In this document: positions 18,301 through 24,793 of the stretch, one piece after another
How the letters are laid out: each line of letters begins with the position of its first letter
Position numbering within the stretch: position 1 is the first letter of the stretch
IMG/VR virus record: IMGVR_UViG_3300025133_000024
Length of the DNA stretch: 64,000 nucleotides
Strand: one strand, 5' to 3'
Source of the DNA: a virus
Made by a program: the position numbers and the translations under genes
The notes under the pieces: model-generated
Seen by the model: only the letters and a program-made list of their open reading frames with translations
What the model was told of the DNA's origin: nothing
The model's database searches: none

Positions 18301-18505
18301 ACAACTTCTTAAAGAAATCTGTACATAAAGAAAAATATTCAGGTGACAATTGAGTCTTTGTATGAGCAATATCGCCCGTATGAATTATAATATCAATATT
18401 CGATTGTCTTAACTTTTCATAAATTTTCTCAAAAATAATTTTATATTCAACATGATATTTTTGATTCCGAATATGTGTGTCAGAAATATGAGCAATTTTT
18501 AACAT
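15365..18505 (-). CDS. fused SbcD-SbcC (Mre11-Rad50, T4 gp47-gp46-like) nuclease/ATPase
   Basis: Metallophosphoesterase motifs SDTHI, HTGDIAH, GNHD, LGDIHK; Walker A GKNGLGKS; coiled coil; Walker B ILDEPG; H-loop ISH. Confidence 0.93.
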   Translation of the reverse strand: MLKIAHISDTHIRNQKYHVEYKIIFEKIYEKLRQSNIDIIIHTGDIAHTKTQLSPEYFSLCTDFFKKLSDIAPLYILPGNHDGILRNLDRLDAISPVIEALGSNKIHYSRDSVVYRHKGVNIFTWSLFDTNNWQYPVNTDEINICLYHGAVWGSKTDSNYQIKHSSDLNVDSFQGFDYALLGDIHKSNQAMDVDGKIRYAGSTIQQNFGETDDKGFLIWTIEGKDAFSVEQVIIPNIKPFVTIELNDDGTLPSNLNIKSSSKIRIISNISLSPDYIKKISSIVQDRFSPEFVSFVNKGNKKHQEKDTNYVLGNIRDVQTQNQLIREYFEGYNLPEMELQKLFKLNNQLNSDAVSNKTFHGVTWELLELEWDNLYNYGESNQIDFSNLEGIVGILGKNGLGKSSIFGSLLFSLFNSDSKPSRKNVHYVNQNKDYAVSSIKLRLGNKILHIKRDIKKYLKNLKGNVTEEAKITCDFFIEDENGNLQNQTKESRSLTDLEIQKYIGDLDSFLMSSMMSQDNFVNFIDCGPTKRKQAIARFLGLDVFEKKHEIAKEQKKKFEILIGDKTESHFSVKILELEQLLQENEDLGKLQKTHCEQYKQKIAIFKEQLERIQEKIETLKIKPLSLLSLKLDLENINNKIQKNSQRIKKQELTLSQSKVLLECQDKQLKIVNVLEKEQEHSLLDDKVRELEQIKIEYKQKNLNFKLKQKQVKLLKEVPCGDTYPQCKFIKDAWEIKEEINIIRDLLQELKLKKESLQQTPYKDLREKIKNEIKEHQTLKNNKLKLESTVYKSELKVNKLKSEFDSLLQEQESIQEQIDFYNDNKELYENSHHHHEIHKEIKKQIDVMSKEFVSCEAKYISLIKENGSFQQQLETLKQEKLDFSEYYSQLQYYSLLTKAYHPNGIPSYVINKQIPLINDEIAKILHEIVEFSIYLDSEGGKFQCYIKHPKYDYRPIEGAGGAEKAFADLVIRLSLLNVSQKPKSNIFILDEPGVNFDEKNLEGFVRILDVLKSYFKTIFLISHMDGLKDIVDVILEIDNNDGYAKVNI

Positions 18506-18520
18506 ACTTTCCCTATCATT

Positions 18521-18709
18521 TTAATAAGTTAATTTTTGGTAACATGAATTATTAAACTTTTCTTCTCTTGCTTCGTTTAAGTGGCATATAAAAAGGCCAA
18601 CAAATAAATATTCAAGTTTTTCGCCTCTTTTCAAAACAATTCTACAACTTCCCCATTCCGAAAGAATTAAATCACCTTTTCTGAACTTGGAGTCTGGCAA
18701 ACAATTCAT
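18521..18709 (-). CDS. small hypothetical protein (KGD-type)
   Basis: 62 aa, FRKGDLIL. Confidence 0.55.
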   Translation of the reverse strand: MNCLPDSKFRKGDLILSEWGSCRIVLKRGEKLEYLFVGLFICHLNEAREEKFNNSCYQKLTY

Positions 18710-18720
18710 TAGATTATTCC

Positions 18721-19662
18721 TTATATGTTCATTATTGAAAATAAAGTTACAATATTATCTGGAGTTATGAATTCGGCTTGTTTTTTTCTTTTATCGAAAA
18801 TGTTTTTGGGAATTTCCCCCACATCCTTAAAGCCCCTTGTATCCACCAAATAAACACACAAACCATAAGACAAAAACAATTGCAACATCTTCAATGTTTT
18901 GTGTTTCGCATCCTTATCCAACGCAACATAAACACAAGTTCCATTCTCAGCCATCTTATCTAATAAAACACTTTTTTGTGTCAAAGATGAGCCCAACAAA
19001 GGAACACAATTTTCTTTGTCCCAAAAATCAAACACACCTTCAACCAACAAAACGTCCTTTCTCCAATCCAAATCTAATTCACAGAAAACAATGTTCTTTG
19101 ATATTTTTGGGTTTTTGTATGTTGGGAAGCCACTTTTTTTGAATGTCCTTGCGACAAAATAATTTAAGCTTCCATTTTCGTCAAAAGAAGGAAAAATGAT
19201 TCTATCTTTGTAATAACCAGATAAACAACATCCAATTCTCCATCTTATTATATCATACCTTGTTAGCCCACGTCCAATCAAATATTGCTGAGCTTGAACA
19301 TATTCTGGACCCTTTAATTTAGATAACGAAACAAACTCTTTTGGTAACTCAACCTTTGTTTCAATCTTTTGCTTCTCTTGTTTCCCAAAAAAGATAACCT
19401 CGAAATCTGTTATATCTTCTTGATTCGTTATCTCCAGCCATTGCTGCTGAACTGAGAATGTTCCAAACTTTTTCACAAGATAATATAAATTATTACCTCT
19501 TGCTTCACATATCCAACATTTATACTTTCCTTTTTGGAAGTTAATTGACAACTTTGGTCTATGATGCATATCTGGACAAAAATCGCACCAAAACAAGTAC
19601 TCTTGACCCTGTTTTTGTCCAAACTTCATTATCTGTTTCAATATGTCTAATTGCTGAATCAT
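18721..19662 (-). CDS. DNA primase (Zn finger + TOPRIM)
   Basis: CDFC...CWIC zinc finger; RIIFP; LVEGVFD, ALDKDA and KDVGE TOPRIM motifs. Confidence 0.9.
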   Translation of the reverse strand: MIQQLDILKQIMKFGQKQGQEYLFWCDFCPDMHHRPKLSINFQKGKYKCWICEARGNNLYYLVKKFGTFSVQQQWLEITNQEDITDFEVIFFGKQEKQKIETKVELPKEFVSLSKLKGPEYVQAQQYLIGRGLTRYDIIRWRIGCCLSGYYKDRIIFPSFDENGSLNYFVARTFKKSGFPTYKNPKISKNIVFCELDLDWRKDVLLVEGVFDFWDKENCVPLLGSSLTQKSVLLDKMAENGTCVYVALDKDAKHKTLKMLQLFLSYGLCVYLVDTRGFKDVGEIPKNIFDKRKKQAEFITPDNIVTLFSIMNI

Positions 19663-19663
19663 T

Positions 19664-19870
19664 TCAATGTATTTTTAGACCTTCTTTGTAAACTTCCCGA
19701 CTAGGAGATATTAAAAACTTATCAAACTTTTCTGGTTTTTCTGAAAGCGTAAAAAAGAAATTATCTGGAGGATAGTTTGAAATAAAAAGTTCATATCCAG
19801 GTTGTAATTGAAGAATAAGGTTTGCTCCATTTGTGGAGATACATCCATATTCAATATCACCTATTTTCAT
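19664..19870 (-). CDS. small hypothetical protein (KIGD-type)
   Basis: Start likely at 19870 (MKIGDIEY), overlapping the stop of 19857..20036. Confidence 0.5.
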   Translation of the reverse strand: MKIGDIEYGCISTNGANLILQLQPGYELFISNYPPDNFFFTLSEKPEKFDKFLISPSREVYKEGLKIH

Positions 19871-20036
19871 TTTTATCTCCATAGCTTCGAGTATTTCTGA
19901 GAGGATAGGAGCAAAAGTTATCACCCTCTATTTTTACATCATGTTCTTTTGTCCAAAGAAGAAAGCATATTTTGTCACCCAAATGTATAGAGAGATAATT
20001 TTCGCCTTCACCAAGCTCCAATGTTCCTTTTTTCAT
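19857..20036 (-). CDS. small hypothetical protein (59 aa, missing from the ORF track)
   Basis: Read by hand: MKKGTLELGEGENYLSIHLGDKICFLLW...NENR*; TTGGTGA RBS-like sequence upstream; fills the gap after ruvC. Confidence 0.5.
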   Translation of the reverse strand: MKKGTLELGEGENYLSIHLGDKICFLLWTKEHDVKIEGDNFCSYPLRNTRSYGDKNENR

Positions 20037-20057
20037 GTATCACCAAGTTTTGTTAAG

Positions 20058-20570
20058 TTAGGAGGAAAGATATGATTTCGCTATGACAATAGCATCAGCC
20101 ATATCATAAAATTTCGGTTTTGGATTACCTTTATGGGTAAGTTCAACATCTAAAAAGTTATTATCAATCATATATTGAAGAACAACTTTTTTAGAATCAG
20201 ATTTTTTGGGAATTTTTATTCCAACTTTTTTTCTTGCAGAAGTAGAAAAGATATAAGTTGGTTTAATATTGAAGATTTGATAACACATCCAGCTAACAAC
20301 TCCATTAAAAGAAGATGCCACGGATAATGTTTTTGCTGAGGAGAATCCCTTTTTAAAGGATAGATTCTTTTTTTCTATTACTATTTTTGTTATGTTGTTG
20401 TTTTTTCGAAGTTTTAATAGATAGTCATATACATATTGTTCCTTTTCAAAAATGTCCGTATATTTGTTTTTGTTTCTTAGGTCAATTGCGTCAACTAATT
20501 CAATTTCATCCTTTAAATTTAGTACACAAACGCCCGCTATTGAGGTGGATAAGTCCAGGCCGAGAATCAT
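20058..20570 (-). CDS. ruvC: RuvC-like Holliday junction resolvase
   Basis: ILGLDLSTSIAG, IVIEK and DMADAIVIA acidic RNase H-fold motifs; AGGAG RBS. Confidence 0.82.
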   Translation of the reverse strand: MILGLDLSTSIAGVCVLNLKDEIELVDAIDLRNKNKYTDIFEKEQYVYDYLLKLRKNNNITKIVIEKKNLSFKKGFSSAKTLSVASSFNGVVSWMCYQIFNIKPTYIFSTSARKKVGIKIPKKSDSKKVVLQYMIDNNFLDVELTHKGNPKPKFYDMADAIVIAKSYLSS

Positions 20571-20590
20571 GAGGGTTTTCTCCTGGGAAC

Positions 20591-20619
20591 ATTATAGCCA
20601 TTACTCTACTGAATGTCAA
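20591..20619 (-). promoter_or_regulatory. perfect sigma70 consensus promoter
   Basis: TTGACA (20619-20614), 17-nt spacer, TATAAT (20596-20591), then AGGAG and the ruvC ATG at 20570. Confidence 0.9.
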
Positions 20620-21829
20620 GCTTCAGGCGCAAAGAAAATGAGTTGTTTTTCGTCTTTTTTAATGGAGTTGCTAGTTTAGCAATACCAATTAAATTTTTAT
20701 CTTTATCGTAAATTCCAACCTCAGACAAATACGTAATCTTCTCAAAAGAGCCTGTAGGGGAAACAAAAGAACTTGATACCAAATTTACAATCTTTTTGTT
20801 TGATTGTTCCTGAAAAAGGTTTCTCGTAACAATATCACTTTGAATTGAACCGGAACGAATATATGTCAAGTTGTTGGAATGATTTAATTCATTCTTGCTA
20901 GCATGTGCCATCATATTTAACACCTCAATTGTATTTTCACCCTTGAAGTTTAATTCATATGAAGTGTTTTGAGTTGAGTTCCCAGATAAAGAAGAGCCAA
21001 AATAAACCCATTTCGGGGTAGTTGCTCCTGTTCCAACATAATCTTCAGTGTGAGCAGAATTAATGGTTTCTGTTCCGCTTAAAATTATTGTTCCCTCATT
21101 ATATAACACAATTCCATTAATTGTTCCACTGTTTTGAGAACCATATGTCTGAACAAGCTCTCCATTTTTGTTAATATCCTGCAACTCAGAAACCAATGTT
21201 CCTGTGATAATTTGTCTTAAAAGAACAGAACCCTTCTTTATCCTATTCCCATAAAAAATCTTGGGAATATCTACCAAGCATAACTCAACAACATTAAAAT
21301 CTCTCGAATATAAAGTTGAATTGTATTGATAGTGAGGACTCAACACAGAATAATAATCAGTGATATTTTTTAAGGCGTCAATATAAGAAGATGTTCTATT
21401 TGAATTGTTACTATAATGATGCACAGAAATACTTGCAGACATAGGGTAACTTGAAGTTATCTGAGGGAGGATAAAATTGCCTTGTGAATCAATCGTTGGC
21501 TTTTTAGAGAAAAAAGAAGCTGAAGATACTGTCTTGAATGTAGAGTCATAAGCATTGTTTGATTTCTCTGTAAAAGGAAAAATCAAGTGTTTTTGTCCGG
21601 TTTGTGTGTCTGCATTGTAAGTGTGCATCAATGGACTTCTGTCAATGTTTAGTTCATGTAAACTTATATATCCTGGCGGAATATTTCCAATATTTCCTGT
21701 TAATGTTCCGCTAATAATTGGATTGTTGTTGTAATACATTGAACCTTCATAGATAAAGAAGTTACTCTCAGGATATGTCTTTATTCTATGTCTTAAAACA
21801 TCATTATTTTCAAATTTATATAAACTCAT
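20606..21829 (-). CDS. tail/baseplate-associated structural protein
   Basis: Start likely at 21829 (MSLYKF); C-terminal YLSEVGIYDKDKNLIGIAKLATPLKK matches that of the neighbouring gene. Confidence 0.65.
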   Translation of the reverse strand: MSLYKFENNDVLRHRIKTYPESNFFIYEGSMYYNNNPIISGTLTGNIGNIPPGYISLHELNIDRSPLMHTYNADTQTGQKHLIFPFTEKSNNAYDSTFKTVSSASFFSKKPTIDSQGNFILPQITSSYPMSASISVHHYSNNSNRTSSYIDALKNITDYYSVLSPHYQYNSTLYSRDFNVVELCLVDIPKIFYGNRIKKGSVLLRQIITGTLVSELQDINKNGELVQTYGSQNSGTINGIVLYNEGTIILSGTETINSAHTEDYVGTGATTPKWVYFGSSLSGNSTQNTSYELNFKGENTIEVLNMMAHASKNELNHSNNLTYIRSGSIQSDIVTRNLFQEQSNKKIVNLVSSSFVSPTGSFEKITYLSEVGIYDKDKNLIGIAKLATPLKKTKNNSFSLRLKLDIQ

Positions 21830-21869
21830 TTTTATCTTCCATATAAAAAAACCTTTTATTTCCTTCCTA

Positions 21870-21876
21870 TAAATAG
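21870..21876 (-). promoter_or_regulatory. candidate late promoter core CTATTTA(TA)
   Basis: Lies in the 21830-21926 gap, about 40 nt upstream of the 21829 start. Confidence 0.45.
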
Positions 21877-21926
21877 GAGTTCCATAAAAGGTCATATGAT
21901 TTCTTTATTTGTTCTAAAAATAAAGA

Positions 21927-23006
21927 TTAGAAATCGTTGCGAATTCTTAATGTTATATCTGAACTATTATTCACTTTTAATGGCTCACTCAATTTAGCAA
22001 GAGCCATTAAAACATTATCAGGTGAATACAAACCAACTGAAGTTACATAACTCACTGGAGGGTCTTGTTTGTTATTCTTTACCCTAATTTTACTACCGGA
22101 AAGATATGTGGGGTTGGCACTATAGTTAAACTCATTGTGGCCAATACGAACAAAATAAACTGTTGAGTTTAATTCAATCGTGTTGTTCATGTTGTGATTC
22201 GTCCATCTTTGACGAATATTATCACATGCGCCTGAAATTGATGAACCTGTTAACACTTCATCCACACTTGAAATATATGTTGAACCACTATTAAACTCCA
22301 CAAGACTTGTTGACGCCAACAATCCACCTGAAACAGCAGGAGAAAACAAGGATGCAGTCACAACAGCCACACCAGCTTGGTAAAACACCAAGCCACAAAT
22401 TGAACCATCAGTTGTTAATGGTGTTCCCGTGTTATTTGAAGCCGTAAGAATTCCATAATCACCGGCTGGACTGTTTGTTTTCCAAGAAGAAGTTGCTGCT
22501 GTATCTTTAACAAGGACTGTTTCATGATTTGGTGCCCAATAACTTGCTGACATGCCTAGTTCAAGTTGAAAAGAACCTTTCTTGATTTCATCTTTGTTCA
22601 GAATTCTTGCAAAGTTAAGAAATACAACTTCTTTTAGTTTTGTTCCACCAGTTAAGTCACCATCTTGGTCAAATTCTCTGATTGAACCAGTGACATCAAT
22701 ACCCATCAACACTTTTGCCATTTGATTATACATATTAATCTTAGCAGAGTTTTGAGTATTTGCTGAGGATGATAAAGAAGAGTTGTTAGAGTACCCTACA
22801 GACAAATCAAAGATGTGATTTGCTGATGAAGATAAATAAGGATAATCATAAACCTGTTGAAATAAACCATGTGAAAAGTTTTTAACGTTTTCGTTATTAT
22901 ATGTTCCAGAATTTATGATTGTTCCTGTGATAGGAATTGCTTCATGCAATAATGTTCTAAAACTTGTCCTGTCATTCTCTGATAAATTTTTAAATGTTGT
23001 TGCCAT
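21927..23006 (-). CDS. tail/baseplate-associated structural protein (paralogue of 20606..21829)
   Basis: C-terminal YVTSVGLYSPDNVLMALAKLSEPLK. Confidence 0.65.
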   Translation of the reverse strand: MATTFKNLSENDRTSFRTLLHEAIPITGTIINSGTYNNENVKNFSHGLFQQVYDYPYLSSSANHIFDLSVGYSNNSSLSSSANTQNSAKINMYNQMAKVLMGIDVTGSIREFDQDGDLTGGTKLKEVVFLNFARILNKDEIKKGSFQLELGMSASYWAPNHETVLVKDTAATSSWKTNSPAGDYGILTASNNTGTPLTTDGSICGLVFYQAGVAVVTASLFSPAVSGGLLASTSLVEFNSGSTYISSVDEVLTGSSISGACDNIRQRWTNHNMNNTIELNSTVYFVRIGHNEFNYSANPTYLSGSKIRVKNNKQDPPVSYVTSVGLYSPDNVLMALAKLSEPLKVNNSSDITLRIRNDF

Positions 23007-23028
23007 TTATTTTTCCAATAATTTTATT

Positions 23029-23370
23029 TTAATTCGTGTTTTGACGTTTTATATCATCTATCATCATATTCATTAATCTAAACAAGTCAAGTGAAGAAGA
23101 AATTTCTCTGGAAATATGTGAAAATATCCTGGCAATGTTTCTCTGAAAATCCTCTCTGTCATAATCATCACTTTCTTGATTTCCAACATCACCAGTATTA
23201 AGCCAAAGACCTTGGATTTCTTTATATGCCGAGATTAATTGTCCTCTAGACATCGGTTGGGGCCGGAGGTCATCGCCAGGGCCCTGCGGGGACAGTGCGC
23301 GTGAACTCCACTGTTGTCCCCTTTGCTTATACGAATTTTCTTTCAAAACCTTTTTGATAATACACTTCAT
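23029..23370 (-). CDS. hypothetical protein with IIKKVLKE leader
   Basis: 113 aa; AGGGG RBS; locally GC-rich. Confidence 0.6.
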   Translation of the reverse strand: MKCIIKKVLKENSYKQRGQQWSSRALSPQGPGDDLRPQPMSRGQLISAYKEIQGLWLNTGDVGNQESDDYDREDFQRNIARIFSHISREISSSLDLFRLMNMMIDDIKRQNTN

Positions 23371-23383
23371 CTATATATCCCCT

Positions 23384-24322
23384 TTAAATAATTTTTACAT
23401 ATCTTACTGGAATATCCAATCGATAACCAGTTGTGACACCTTGAACTTTAATAACAGAATCAATATATTTAGCTGTCTTTGCTCCAGTGTGATTTCCATT
23501 AATAGTTGTGGCTAAAGCTGAACCTCCAATCTCATCAAATAAGTCTGAGGAGGAGTTTAATTCTTGTGATGATTTAAGTCTAAAGTTGAAATATGAACCT
23601 CTAGGTCCAGCAACAGCAACCAAACCAACCAAGTCTTTTGAATTGTCCATGAATTTAATCATGTCATCGTTAGCATCAGTAATATTATAAAATGCAATGT
23701 CATCATCATCAATTGCATTAGGGATTTGTTCCACACCAGTTGCAGACATTAAAGAACCAAGTCTATTGTCCATTTCAACAATATATTGTGTTTCTAGCAA
23801 ATCTGAATCTAATGGTCTTCGATATGAAATTGCCGCTGTATCCAATCCTTGGTCAACACGAATATAACTTCCTGCCTTACCCTCAGTGCCTTTTACAAGG
23901 CCATTGGTGGTTGATTCATAAACACCAATTGATAAGTCTGTATCTTCAGAGTTTTCATCAACAAGAACAATGAAGGTGTTCAAAGAATCATGTCTTTTTG
24001 TTTTTGTTCCGTCTGCTGTTTCTGATAGTTTAAGAACTGGGAGGTAAAGTAGGTCATCTCTTGATACTGTAATCAATTTAGAATGCATAACAGAAGTATT
24101 GTTTGTTAATGCTTCCATTACAGGGGTTTGCAAAATATCTAAATCATAATATGCTGAACCGGATGCATGGTTTCTGTTGTATTTTGCATAATCAATTTCA
24201 TCGTCACCTAAGGCAAATTTGACAATCTTAAAAGAACCATCACCTTTTGCTAATCTTCGTCTCCCTTCATCAGAAAGAACCACGTCCAGGATAATATCAC
24301 CTGAATTATCTTGTAAACCCAT
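23384..24322 (-). CDS. virion structural protein
   Basis: N-terminus DIILDVVLSDEGRRRLAKGDGSFKIVKFALGDDEIDY resembles that of 29934..30776. Confidence 0.65.
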   Translation of the reverse strand: MGLQDNSGDIILDVVLSDEGRRRLAKGDGSFKIVKFALGDDEIDYAKYNRNHASGSAYYDLDILQTPVMEALTNNTSVMHSKLITVSRDDLLYLPVLKLSETADGTKTKRHDSLNTFIVLVDENSEDTDLSIGVYESTTNGLVKGTEGKAGSYIRVDQGLDTAAISYRRPLDSDLLETQYIVEMDNRLGSLMSATGVEQIPNAIDDDDIAFYNITDANDDMIKFMDNSKDLVGLVAVAGPRGSYFNFRLKSSQELNSSSDLFDEIGGSALATTINGNHTGAKTAKYIDSVIKVQGVTTGYRLDIPVRYVKII

Positions 24323-24325
24323 TAC

Positions 24326-24793
24326 TTATACCCTTTTTCTTTTTCTTGGCTTTAATTTTAGTTTTTTTCTTAATTTTTTTTCTAATTTTAGTTTTTTTCT
24401 TAATTCTTTTTCTAATTTTAAAAGTTCATCTTGAATCCTTAAAACCTTTTGTTTTTCCAATTCATTGTCTTCTTCGTCACCAGAGCCAAAGCCTATAAAA
24501 TCTGCATCTATCTTGCTTTTATAAATATCCAATGTGTTATCAATTGCACCACTATCTTTTAACACATATTGTATAGCTGATTTATTAAGACGTAATATAT
24601 AATTTCCAGTAGGATCTTTCTCTTCTTCGTATACAGCAGTGGCAAAATCTTCATGACCTGGAGAGGAATATTCAGGGTCATATGTGTCTGCCTCAAGCAT
24701 TTTCCATTCATCATGTAGTTCTGATGAAACAAAAATTGCCATGAGAAAATCATCAGGAATTTGTTTAGATTCTTTTATAATTCTAAGTTTCAT
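24326..24793 (-). CDS. hypothetical acidic protein with basic repeat tail
   Basis: Start at 24793 or 24799 (MKLRIIKES); C-terminal LEK(E/K)LRKKLK repeats. Confidence 0.55.
   Translation of the reverse strand: MKLRIIKESKQIPDDFLMAIFVSSELHDEWKMLEADTYDPEYSSPGHEDFATAVYEEEKDPTGNYILRLNKSAIQYVLKDSGAIDNTLDIYKSKIDADFIGFGSGDEEDNELEKQKVLRIQDELLKLEKELRKKLKLEKKLRKKLKLKPRKRKRV
24353..24420. repeat. 30-bp tandem repeat, about 2.3 copies
   Basis: taattttagtttttttcttaatt(t/c)tttttc repeated with one mismatch. Confidence 0.85.
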
